Assembly: GCA_029260215.1 (NCBI GenBank)
Contig: JAJDDQ010000078.1
Span: 1-64,000, forward strand
Length of the DNA stretch: 64,000 nt
Reading direction: 5' to 3'
DNA from: Phycisphaerae bacterium
GTDB lineage: Bacteria; Planctomycetota; Phycisphaerae; UBA1845
Shown: piece after piece, positions 37,973-47,072 of the stretch
How positions within the stretch are numbered: position 1 is the stretch's first letter
Layout of the letters: each line of letters starts with the position of its first letter
Program-made: the position numbers and the translations under genes
Notes under the pieces: generated by a model
Databases searched by the model: none
What the model was told of the DNA's origin: nothing
The model's input: the letters and a program-made list of their open reading frames with translations, nothing else

Positions 37973-40726
37973 TTAGAGCTTGAAGTCAGCATCGAGGGCT
38001 TTGTCGATTCGGGCCTTTGATTCGTCGAGGTGTGCCCGTGTGAACGCATCCAGCTTGCCGTCGCCGGCTGCCAGGAAATCGCCGATTTGCTGGGACAGTC
38101 CCTTCAGTGTCAGCCGCGTGACCGAGTGGGCGTCCGCTGGCATGGTCCTGCCCGGTTTTTCCAGGAGGATTCCGACGAGCATGTTGAGCTGCGTTCGCTG
38201 CAGCGAGCGGCGAATGCTCGAAATGCAAGGTTTGCGGTTTGAGTAATTGCCGTTGGCAGCGCCGGTCAGCTCAGACCAGATAGCCCGTGTGACCCTGGAC
38301 ATCACCTCGGGGACGGTCATTGCGTCTTCGTCCGCAGGAATCTTTGATTCCGCGTCGTAGATGCGTCCCAGTGTGATCGGGTTCATTAGGTGGAACAGCG
38401 GCCAATACTGTGTGGCGGCGATGCGATCGTGCAGTGGATAGTCGCGTTTGCTGTCGAATTCATCGCTGGCCCAGTGGCGCCAATGGCCCGAGCCCAACCT
38501 GGTGATCAGATCGGGGTCGAAAATGAAGGCTTTGTCGCTGAAAAGGTGTTCTACGAGAAAGTCCAGCGCTTCGCGCTGCTTCTTGACCGGCACGACGACG
38601 GTAGGCGGCTGCTCGTCGGGATCGCCTCGGTGGTTGCGTGTGACGTATTGTCCGCCCACAAATCGCCCGGCGAATCGCGAGACCCTGCCGTACTCGAAGA
38701 GCAGCGCATCGAACGCCCGGCGCAGGCGGCTGTAGGCATCGCCGTCTTCCATCGCCCAGGAATCGATGTCCTTTTGAAGGTGCTGCACCAGTTCGATGCG
38801 GTACTTGGCGTAGGCGATGGGGTCGTCGCCGTTGTCGTAGACGTTGACCAGCGGGTCCGGTGCGAACGTGCCCCGATCCTCGTCGGAGGCGTACGCATGT
38901 CCCGGCTCGGCTGACCGCGATGCGATGGACTTCAGAAGCTCTTTTTCGGTTTTGAACTCGTCGTCCGTATGCCGGTAGCCGTATTCGATCGCCCATTCAT
39001 CGTAGGGTCCGAGACCGACGCCGTAGAAATTCTTCTGGTTGTCTTCACTCGTGTTGAACATGGCTGGGCAGTAGTCCATCACCGAGGCCGACGTGGGTAC
39101 GTTGGCATCGCCGTTGGTTGCGAGGATTTCCTCAAGGGATTTCCACGAACTGGCTTTGAAGTTGTGACGCAGACCCAGGGTATGCCCGACCTCGTGGGAG
39201 ACGAGCCATTTGACGAATTGGCCTGTGTATTTCTCGCTCAGCCCTTGGCCGCCCTCGGCTTTGAGGATCAGGTTTGCAAAGGCCATCTCATGGTTCATGC
39301 CGCTCGCGTAGGTGCAGACAGCCTGGTCCTGGTGGAGCATGCTCTGAACCCACTCGTGATCCCAGGCTGTTTCCGCGCCGCCGTAGTGCGTTGTGTTGGG
39401 GAGCAGTTGCTCCTGTTGCGGTACGAACGCCCATTCAGGGTGAAGGGAAAGAAACTCGCGGGCCTGGGGATCCCAAGCGGCTGTCGGACCCTTGGCGGCC
39501 ATCCGTTCGTACTTGGCGTTGATGGCGCGCAGGAACGAATCGTCGATGACGATGTCGGCGTCGAGGATTTGCCCGGTTTTGGGATTGGTTCGCGACGGGC
39601 CCATTGCGAACGCCCTGCCGCTGACGATCCAGCGGATAAAGTTGTAACGCACGTCTTCGGGATCGAGGTCTTTGAATTCGTTGGTGTCGGTCTGCTGGCG
39701 GACAGCCACCGCGTTCAGCAAACCCGCTTTGGCGAAAGCGTCGTTCCACATGAGCACGCCTTCGCGGATGTAGCGGCGGTACTGGAGCGGAATCGTTTTT
39801 TCGAGGTAGAAGACGATTTGGTCGTCCGGGTGGACGTCTGAGACCTTGGCATCGGGGTCGGCTTTGCGCAGATGCCAGCGATGCACGCGGCGATCGAAGA
39901 CGGTCGTGGCGTTGTGGTCTTTGCTCCAATCCTTGACCGCGCTCATGAAGTACCCGACGCGGTCGTCGGCTTGACGCGGTTTGTAGCCGTTTTTTTCCGG
40001 CAACTCACTGATGCTGTAATGCACGCGGGCCAACACACCGTTTTCGTTGCCGCGCATGAGGGCGGCTTCGACGGTTAGCTCGATGTTCTTCTCGAAGGCT
40101 TTGGTGGTCACCCACTTGCTGAGCGACGCACTCATGCTGGCTGAGTAAAACCGGCTGATGCCGATCCGGTCGCGTTTGAAGACCTTATCCAGATCGATGA
40201 CCGGGTCGCTCCCGCGCTTGCTGACGATCTTGGTCGCGAAAAGAATGCGATCGGTATACGTCCTGGCCACCACATCCTTGACCGTGGATTTGTCCGCCGT
40301 CGCGTAGCCTAGGTCGGGGCTGACCAGGATGAGCTGCTTGTCGCGTTCCTCCCAGCGGACGACGTAGCCTCGCCACATGTACCCGGTCATGGTCGGCCCG
40401 CCGGATATGCTCGTCGAGATCAAAAAGTCCTTGCCGATCATTTTCTTGGGGATGACGCCGAGCAGGTGGTCCTTCTTCTTATCGTAATAGAGATCGAAGA
40501 ATCCGGGAGTCTTTTCGTGCCCCTCGCTGACTTCGTCAAAGGGTGGGAAGTCGGGCTTTTTCTCCTTCTCTTTTTTCTCGTCCTTGGGTTTTTCCGCTGC
40601 CGGTGGGGCATGGGGTTTGGCGGGCGGATCTTCCGCGCGCGTCGCACCGGGCGACAGGGCGATCAAACAGGCACAAACGCCGACCCATCCGATTGACGAA
40701 CCGGGCGACCACAACTTGAGATTCAT
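37973..40726 (-). CDS. secreted zinc-dependent metalloprotease, tandem paralog
   Basis: VSHEVGHTLGLRHNF is present. It is collinear with the upstream paralog, for example WNDAFEKVGLL vs WNDAFAKAGLL and VRQQTDTNEFKDLDPEDIRYNFFRWIVSGRAFA in both. The start is MNLKLWS (40726), preceded by AAGGAG. Confidence 0.75.
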   Translation of the reverse strand: MNLKLWSPGSSIGWVGVCACLIALSPGATRAEDPPAKPHAPPAAEKPKDEKKEKEKKPDFPPFDEVSEGHEKTPGFFDLYYDKKKDHLLGVIPKKMIGKDFLISTSISGGPTMTGYMWRGYVVRWEERDKQLILVSPDLGYATADKSTVKDVVARTYTDRILFATKIVSKRGSDPVIDLDKVFKRDRIGISRFYSASMSASLSKWVTTKAFEKNIELTVEAALMRGNENGVLARVHYSISELPEKNGYKPRQADDRVGYFMSAVKDWSKDHNATTVFDRRVHRWHLRKADPDAKVSDVHPDDQIVFYLEKTIPLQYRRYIREGVLMWNDAFAKAGLLNAVAVRQQTDTNEFKDLDPEDVRYNFIRWIVSGRAFAMGPSRTNPKTGQILDADIVIDDSFLRAINAKYERMAAKGPTAAWDPQAREFLSLHPEWAFVPQQEQLLPNTTHYGGAETAWDHEWVQSMLHQDQAVCTYASGMNHEMAFANLILKAEGGQGLSEKYTGQFVKWLVSHEVGHTLGLRHNFKASSWKSLEEILATNGDANVPTSASVMDYCPAMFNTSEDNQKNFYGVGLGPYDEWAIEYGYRHTDDEFKTEKELLKSIASRSAEPGHAYASDEDRGTFAPDPLVNVYDNGDDPIAYAKYRIELVQHLQKDIDSWAMEDGDAYSRLRRAFDALLFEYGRVSRFAGRFVGGQYVTRNHRGDPDEQPPTVVVPVKKQREALDFLVEHLFSDKAFIFDPDLITRLGSGHWRHWASDEFDSKRDYPLHDRIAATQYWPLFHLMNPITLGRIYDAESKIPADEDAMTVPEVMSRVTRAIWSELTGAANGNYSNRKPCISSIRRSLQRTQLNMLVGILLEKPGRTMPADAHSVTRLTLKGLSQQIGDFLAAGDGKLDAFTRAHLDESKARIDKALDADFKL

Positions 40727-41066
40727 GATTAAGGCTCCTTGCATCCACCGTCACCAAACGTGCCGACGAGTTTGTTTCGAGATTCTGAACGAAACGCTCA
40801 TGCCCTCCGCCCGATTCTCGCAATTTCGAGAGTATAACGGAAGTTGCCGCGAAAAAGCGTGCCGCCAACCGGCGAGTTGACAGCTTATTACATATTGAGT
40901 TTCCTACCCAAACCGGGTATCGACCGGGAGTCGCCCGCAGCATTTGTCGAAGTTGCCGGTGTTTTCGCCGGTTGTGTGGCTGGCTGGGCTGGTGGCGGCC
41001 AGGATCGTGGCGGCGATTCCAGCGTATTCGCACCTGACGCGACGCGCGTCTTTTTTTGTAGGAAAT

Positions 41067-43226
41067 ATGGATCCCAAGCTTATCAACGCCCAGGACCGTT
41101 CGCGCGCGCGGCCGGTACCGCTGCACACTTCCGTCGCGTTTCGGCGGATGATTCGCTCCGTTCTGCCCCATCGCAAGCTGGTTTTCTCCGGAATCGCAGC
41201 CTCCATTGTCTACGCCCTGCTGCACTCTGTGAGCATTTTCGCCGCGCTGCCCGTGCTGCGCGTCATGCTTGACGACGAGGGCCTGCACGGATGGTCGGAC
41301 AGGCAACTGGCTGAGAAGAGGCTGGGGGTCCAACTCGCCTTTCCCGGTGAGAAATCGGGGGAAGACGATGCCATTCTGATCGTTCGGCAAATCGAGCCGA
41401 CCAGCCCGCTAGCAGGTTCCGCGATCCGCGTGGGTGACCTGATCGTGTCGTTGAACGGCGAGCAGCCGGGCGCGAAAGCTTGGCTGAAGCGCGTTGCGTT
41501 CGCGGAAGTCGGCGAGGAGATTCGGTTCAAAACCCGAAGCGCAGAGGGTACGACTGCACAGCCCTACTCCGTCATCGCAGCCGAGTACCCGTTGAAGCTG
41601 CGTGTGGCGCGCGATGTGCTGTCCTTCATCCCTCGTGACCCGAGCGGTTCCAATCGGCTGACCGTGTTGAAATATGTGCTGGTTTGGCTGGTCCTCGTCG
41701 TGATGTCAGCCAACGCATGCCGATTCGCCGGTGAATACTGGGTGCGGCTGGGTGTGTTGCGCGGGGTGATGGACCTGCGGCGGCAGCTTTACAAGAAGGT
41801 GCTTCGCCTGCCGATGTCGCGTTTCTCGCGCGATACCGGGGATATGGTCACGCGATTTGTGCAGGATATTCAGGAGATACAACGCGGGCTGATGTCGCTG
41901 TTCGGCAAGACGATTCGCGAACCGTTCAAAGCCGGATTCATCCTGCTCTGGGCGCTGGCGCTCGATTGGCGTCTTACGCTGGCGATGTTTGTGATCGCGC
42001 CGGGTGCGGTGCTCGTGTTCTGGAAAACCGGATCTTCCGTCAAAAAAGCCAATAAAAAGCTGCTACGCGGCTACGGGGCGATGATCAGTGCGTTGTCCGG
42101 CACGCTGGCCTCGATCAATATCGTCAAAGCCTATACCGGTGAAGCGGCGGAGCGGCGACGGCTGTGGCAGGTGGACCGGTCGATGTTCCGCCAGCAGAAA
42201 AAGATCATTCGGCTGGAGGCTATGCTGAGTCCGCTGATCGAGGTGGTCGCGATCGTGCTGGTCGCGGGCGGGGCGGTTTGGCTGGGCAAGCGCGTCATCG
42301 GTGGGGAAATCGATCTGTCCGTTTTCGGGACGCTGGTGGTGGCGCTCGGAATGCTTTTCGATCCGCTGCGCAAGCTGGCTGATGTGTACACGCGGGTTAT
42401 GCGCAGCGGAGCCGGTGCTGAACGCCTGTTCGAGCTGCTCGACGCGCCGGAGGAAACCGAACCCGACAAAACCGGGCAAAAGCTGGAATCCTTCACCGAT
42501 TCGATCGAATTTCGCGGGGTGACTTTTACCTATCCCGAATCCGATCATCCCGCGTTGTGTGAAATCGACCTGAAAGTCTGTTGCGGTGAGACGATCGCGC
42601 TGGTCGGGCGGAACGGGTCCGGAAAATCGACCCTGATGGGTCTCCTGACGCGGTTTTACGATCCGAGCGACGGCCAAATCCTCCTCGACGGCGTCGATCT
42701 GCGTTCCTACGCACTCCGCAGCCTCAGGCGAAACATCGGGCTGGTGACGCAGGATGCCGTCGTGTTTCCGATCCCGCTGGCCGACAACATCGCTTACGGA
42801 ACGCGCAATGTGAGTCGCGAGCGGGTCATGGACGCTGCCCGGCGCGCTTTCGCCGACGAGTTCATCCGCCAGACCCCTCAGGGTTACGACACGGTTCCGG
42901 GCGAGATGGGCAGGACGCTCTCCGGCGGCCAGCGGCAACGCATTTCCATCGCCCGGGCCATCCTGCGCGATCCGCCGATCCTCATCTTCGACGAAGCCAC
43001 AAGCCAGGTGGATTCGGAATCAGAGCAACGCATTCAGGCCGCCTTGAAGGATTTCGCCCAGGAGCGCACCACGTTCATCGTAGCCCATCGTCTGAGCACC
43101 ATTCGCTTCGCCGACCGAATCGTCGTGCTCGACGAAGGGCGTATCATCGACAACGGCACGCACGAGGAGTTGTCCGAGCGATGCTCGTTCTATCGAGGCC
43201 TGTGCGAAACGCAGTTGCAGGCGTGA
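41067..43226 (+). CDS. ABC exporter (fused TMD-NBD, MsbA-like) with an N-terminal TM + PDZ domain extension
   Basis: The PDZ-like segment is AILIVRQIEPTSPLAGSAIRVGDLIVSLNGEQP. It is followed by six TM helices of the ABC_membrane type and then Walker A GRNGSGKST, signature LSGGQRQR and Walker B ILIFDEATS. Confidence 0.8.
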   Translation: MDPKLINAQDRSRARPVPLHTSVAFRRMIRSVLPHRKLVFSGIAASIVYALLHSVSIFAALPVLRVMLDDEGLHGWSDRQLAEKRLGVQLAFPGEKSGEDDAILIVRQIEPTSPLAGSAIRVGDLIVSLNGEQPGAKAWLKRVAFAEVGEEIRFKTRSAEGTTAQPYSVIAAEYPLKLRVARDVLSFIPRDPSGSNRLTVLKYVLVWLVLVVMSANACRFAGEYWVRLGVLRGVMDLRRQLYKKVLRLPMSRFSRDTGDMVTRFVQDIQEIQRGLMSLFGKTIREPFKAGFILLWALALDWRLTLAMFVIAPGAVLVFWKTGSSVKKANKKLLRGYGAMISALSGTLASINIVKAYTGEAAERRRLWQVDRSMFRQQKKIIRLEAMLSPLIEVVAIVLVAGGAVWLGKRVIGGEIDLSVFGTLVVALGMLFDPLRKLADVYTRVMRSGAGAERLFELLDAPEETEPDKTGQKLESFTDSIEFRGVTFTYPESDHPALCEIDLKVCCGETIALVGRNGSGKSTLMGLLTRFYDPSDGQILLDGVDLRSYALRSLRRNIGLVTQDAVVFPIPLADNIAYGTRNVSRERVMDAARRAFADEFIRQTPQGYDTVPGEMGRTLSGGQRQRISIARAILRDPPILIFDEATSQVDSESEQRIQAALKDFAQERTTFIVAHRLSTIRFADRIVVLDEGRIIDNGTHEELSERCSFYRGLCETQLQA

Positions 43227-43256
43227 GGGAAACGCAGATTCATGTGAGGTAGGAAT

Positions 43257-43275
43257 CTAGCTGCGTCCCCGTTTC
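43257..43275. repeat. left terminal inverted repeat (19 bp)
   Basis: It exactly matches the reverse complement of 44260-44278. Confidence 0.8.
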
Positions 43276-43549
43276 AACGTTTCAAAATCTTTCAAAATCC
43301 TGTTCCGCGCGGCGGGCCATCTCATCAAAAGAACCACGTAAAGTCGGCAGACGAAAGACAAGTACGGCGGGTTGGTTCACAACGGTCACTTCAATGGCGT
43401 AGTGCGATGTCATGAGGATGAGCTTGGGAAACCGCTGCAATGGAAAAAGCCGGGCCGTAGCACGTCTCGGTGAAAACGAAAAAGGCTAATTGACAAATCA
43501 CGAGCACGAAATTATGGCTTTCTGTCGGGCACTGTTAGCATGGTGATCG

Positions 43550-44035
43550 ATGAGTGAGAAGATCGGCATGGATGAAGAATCACAGAATTCTGTCGTAGAT
43601 TTGATGGCGTGCTTGGAACGCGGATACTGCCTACGGGGGCTCGCAGAGTCACGGTGCCCAGAGTGCGGAAAGTCCTTTGATCTCGAATTAGTCATGCGGC
43701 GTAACGCCGCTGTTCAAGCGAGCGATCGCTATTTCAAGAACTACTCAGTCATACTGGTTTTGTGGCCGGTCATAGTCTTGTTGGAAAGACCGTTGTTCGG
43801 TACAAGCGCCCTGACAAGTGTCTTCGACCGTTTGACCTCTGACCACGCGAACAACATGTTGTGGAAAATGACATTCTTGAATATCCCACTCCAAGCTGTC
43901 CTCGCAGTCACAGGTTTCTATTGTATTCGCCAGAACAACGCGTCGACAAAACGGATCGGAAAACTGTCGATCATCGTCACGACGGCAATCCTAATCCTCT
44001 ATGGTGCTTACTCTGCTTCCTCGTTGTGGAATTGA
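43550..44035 (+). CDS. small Zn-ribbon membrane protein (family member) carried inside the TIR-bounded islet
   Basis: MACLERGYCLRGLAESRCPECGKSF carries the family motif. Three TM helices follow. GC is low. Confidence 0.55.
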   Translation: MSEKIGMDEESQNSVVDLMACLERGYCLRGLAESRCPECGKSFDLELVMRRNAAVQASDRYFKNYSVILVLWPVIVLLERPLFGTSALTSVFDRLTSDHANNMLWKMTFLNIPLQAVLAVTGFYCIRQNNASTKRIGKLSIIVTTAILILYGAYSASSLWN

Positions 44036-44217
44036 GGACAATTTCCAAAGTCATTATCGTTCGTGTTCGCCCCACAAGTAAACTGGCAATTTACAAGATC
44101 ATCTGAAACCAAGTTGTAGCAGCAATCGTCACAATCTGGTGTATTACAAGACTGGTGACAGAATCCCTGGGCAGTCAATGCGTCGTTCTGACATGCAGCA
44201 GCATTGATTGCACACAA
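44008..44217 (-). CDS. possible Cys-rich small protein (69 aa, 10 Cys); doubtful
   Basis: It has only a TTG start and no internal Met. It lies in a low-GC segment where strand assignment is ambiguous. Cys spacing is C-x7-C…C-x3-C…C-x2-CC…C-x3-C…C. Confidence 0.2.
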   Translation of the reverse strand: MCAINAAACQNDALTAQGFCHQSCNTPDCDDCCYNLVSDDLVNCQFTCGANTNDNDFGNCPQFHNEEAE

Positions 44218-44259
44218 TCCTGCACCACCGATAATGCCGCCGATAATTTCGATGGGAAT

Positions 44260-44278
44260 GAAACGGGGACGCAGCTAG
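44260..44278. repeat. right terminal inverted repeat (19 bp)
   Basis: It exactly matches the reverse complement of 43257-43275. Confidence 0.8.
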
Positions 44279-44598
44279 TTTTGACGCCGATTCTTACCAG
44301 CGACAGCCTCCGTGGATACCGAGAACGGCGAGAGCAGCACCGGGCGGATTCGTGCATCACGTGCTGAACCGGGCGGTGGCGCGTCTGCGGGTGTTTCGCA
44401 AGGAGGCGGATTGTGCGGCCATCGAGCGTGTGATGCTGGATGCGTACGAGCGGGGGCCGTGCGAAACGTGGCTTCGAGCGTGCGTGAATCGGTTTTGAGG
44501 CGGTGTTCACGCGCCTGGGGTGGGGTGAATCCATCTACCTCGAATATGTTGTCTGATCTTGTCGCACAGGGTAGCCTACCTGTCTCGGGTCGCTGCTG

Positions 44599-46968
44599 TT
44601 GATCCAGAGGGGAATGGAAGCCATGCACACACGACACGCGGTGGTGATCGTCTATCTGGTCTTTGCGGGCTTGCCGGCGGCGGGCGGCGAGCCTTTGATC
44701 GGTGGGGGCAAGCACGTCGAATCTCCGTCGTCGTGCCTTTCGCTGACAGACCGGGCGGGCATCGAAAGCAAACTTGCGGCGCTCCCTTCTGTCGGCCAAT
44801 CGTCAGATTCCGGCGAGGCGTCTCCGCCGCTCCTGCGTTTCTTCCCGTTGGCGGGGCGCATGTGGGGTGATCTTTACTTGTTCAACTACGTCGATCTCGA
44901 TCCGTCGGTCGAGTTCAGCGATTGGAATTGCACGAGCCGGACGTACGACGGACATCAGGGAAGCGACACGGACATTCGCAGTTTCGGGGAGCAACTGATC
45001 GGTGTGCCGGTCTACTCCGCCCAAGACGGTGTGGTCGTCGATACGCACGACGGCGAACCGGACATGAACACAGTTTGGGACAACCAGCCGGCGAACTACG
45101 TCATTATCGATCACGGGTTTGGGCGTTTGGGGTGGTATTTCCATTTCAAGAAAGACAGTGTGGCGGTTGTGGTTGGGCAGCGTGTTCGCGCGGGGCAGCA
45201 GATTGGGCTGTGCGGGTCGAGTGGAATCAGCACGGGGCCTCATCTTCATTTTGAACTGCGCGAGAACGGTGCGGTCCACGAACCATTCACCGGCCCCTGC
45301 CACGACGAGGTCAGCAGTTGGGAAGTGCAGCCCGAGGCCAGCGAACAGTCCTATGTGCATGATTTCGGATTTTCTTACCAGATCATTTCGGCTGACTGGC
45401 CTGCGGTTTGGCCCCGGACGGGTCAGGTCGGGTTGTTGGATCCGGTGATACGCGTTTGGTGGTACGGCACGGAGTTGCCGGTTGGCAGCGGCTGGCGTGT
45501 GCAGTTTTTTCGTCCGGATGGTTCGATGGCCTTCGATGGCAGTGAACAGTTCTTCGGGAATTCGATACCGTGGCGGTGGTACAGTTGGTGGTGGACGTAC
45601 AACGTCGCGGATATGCACACGATCATGGGCACGTGGCGGATGAAGTTGATCGTCAACGATATCGAGCTGGTCGACGCGCCGATCGAGGTGCGTGAGATGC
45701 GTACGGCGGATTTCAACCGCGCCCCAGCGGCGATTACGGCTGACCTTGTTCCGCAGCCGGCGTTTCCGGGTGACGCTTTGATCTGCCGGGTGGATTCTGA
45801 TCTCGTGCTGGATGATCTTGACTACGATATCGTGCGTTATGAATACGTCTGGACTGTTGACGACGAGGAAGTGAGGTGGGTGACGACGGCGGCTCACTCG
45901 GATACGTTGCCGCACCACATTGCTCATTATGGTGAAAGCGTTGCGTGTGCGGTGACGCCGGGCGACGGGCGTGATGTCGGTCCGATGTCGGTTGCGAGTG
46001 TGATGATTCAGTGCCCGCAGCGTTTTGACTTTTCGTGCGACGGTGATGTCGATCTTGTGGACTACGATTCTTTTTTTGAATGCTGGTCGGGGCCTGGGGT
46101 GCCGGCGGCTGGGATGTGCGGTCAGGCTGATTCCGATGGTGATCTCGATGTCGATCTTGCGGACTATGGGGTGTTCGTGCAGGTTTATTCGGGCGACTGC
46201 GGTGCGCGGATCACTGGTGATCCTGTGGACGAGACCGTTTGTCCGGGTGAATCGGTCGTGCTCAGTGTCGGTGTGGAAGGTGGGGAGTTGGCCTACGAGT
46301 GGATGCGTGACGGCGTGCCGATTTCAGGCGAAACGGCAGACACGTTGACCATCGATTCTGTGACGAAGCAAGACGCCGGTGCGTACGAGGTTCGTGTGAC
46401 GGGCGCGTGCGGTGTGGATTATTCGAGCGCGGCGCGCGTGAGTTTGATCGCTCCGCCGATTGTTTCCACGCAACCGTCGAGCCAATCGACGTGCATCGGC
46501 GACAGTGCGATCATGAGCATTCAGGCCAACGATGCGGGTACGCTAAGTTATCAGTGGCGGCGGAATGGGGAAGATATTGCGGGTGCGGATGAACCGGACT
46601 ATGAGGTGCCGTTTGTGGCGCAAGACGATCTGGGACAGTATTCCTGTGTGGTTTCGGACGGATGCGGTCAGCAAAATTCGTCAATGGAGGCCACATTGAC
46701 TGAGTGGCCTGAACCTTTGATTTCGGTCCAACCTTTCGGTACGACGATTTGTGAAGGCGAGTCGATCTTTCTGTTCATCAGCGCTCAGAACGTTACATCG
46801 TATCAATGGTACAAGAACGGAGAGGTTCTTCAGAACGGCGGCAGCGCATTCCTGAGCGTTTCGAATGCGTCGGTTGTGGATTCGGGCGGTTACCACGTCG
46901 TGGCGAGCAGCCCATGTGACTCCACTCAGTCCAAGGTTGCTCCGGTTCAGGTGGTCTTTTGCAGATAA
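44599..46968 (+). CDS. secreted M23 family metallopeptidase (LytM/lysostaphin-like) with dockerin-like and C-terminal Ig-like repeat domains
   Basis: M23 motifs GHQGSDTD and GSSGISTGPHLHFE are present. Acidic repeats are CDGDVDLVDYDSFFECW and DSDGDLDVDLADYGVF. About four ~90-aa Ig-like repeats (…AYEWMRDGVPISGETADTLTIDSVTKQDAGAYEVRVTGACG…) follow. Confidence 0.75.
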   Translation: MIQRGMEAMHTRHAVVIVYLVFAGLPAAGGEPLIGGGKHVESPSSCLSLTDRAGIESKLAALPSVGQSSDSGEASPPLLRFFPLAGRMWGDLYLFNYVDLDPSVEFSDWNCTSRTYDGHQGSDTDIRSFGEQLIGVPVYSAQDGVVVDTHDGEPDMNTVWDNQPANYVIIDHGFGRLGWYFHFKKDSVAVVVGQRVRAGQQIGLCGSSGISTGPHLHFELRENGAVHEPFTGPCHDEVSSWEVQPEASEQSYVHDFGFSYQIISADWPAVWPRTGQVGLLDPVIRVWWYGTELPVGSGWRVQFFRPDGSMAFDGSEQFFGNSIPWRWYSWWWTYNVADMHTIMGTWRMKLIVNDIELVDAPIEVREMRTADFNRAPAAITADLVPQPAFPGDALICRVDSDLVLDDLDYDIVRYEYVWTVDDEEVRWVTTAAHSDTLPHHIAHYGESVACAVTPGDGRDVGPMSVASVMIQCPQRFDFSCDGDVDLVDYDSFFECWSGPGVPAAGMCGQADSDGDLDVDLADYGVFVQVYSGDCGARITGDPVDETVCPGESVVLSVGVEGGELAYEWMRDGVPISGETADTLTIDSVTKQDAGAYEVRVTGACGVDYSSAARVSLIAPPIVSTQPSSQSTCIGDSAIMSIQANDAGTLSYQWRRNGEDIAGADEPDYEVPFVAQDDLGQYSCVVSDGCGQQNSSMEATLTEWPEPLISVQPFGTTICEGESIFLFISAQNVTSYQWYKNGEVLQNGGSAFLSVSNASVVDSGGYHVVASSPCDSTQSKVAPVQVVFCR

Positions 46969-47072
46969 TTGGCAGCGACTTCCGGTTTGATTGTCCGTCA
47001 GATGCGTGCCGGTTAGACTGCTCGCGGAATGGAGAACGGGCCGTCGCTGGGTTAAGGATCGGAGACTCACTC

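Larger units (their letters stand above)
43257..44278. mobile_element. ~1.0-kb low-GC islet bounded by perfect 19-bp terminal inverted repeats (non-autonomous IS/MITE-like cargo element)
   Basis: CTAGCTGCGTCCCCGTTTC at 43257-43275 pairs with its exact reverse complement GAAACGGGGACGCAGCTAG at 44260-44278. Interior GC is ~48%, against ~62% outside. No transposase ORF is present. Confidence 0.45.

Noticed and set aside
41041-41057. GACGCGCGTC + T7 terminator-like element just upstream of the ABC exporter start.
   Set aside because: The stem is only 3-4 bp with a loop. It lies in a divergent promoter region with no upstream plus-strand gene to terminate. It is more likely a promoter-proximal AT tract.
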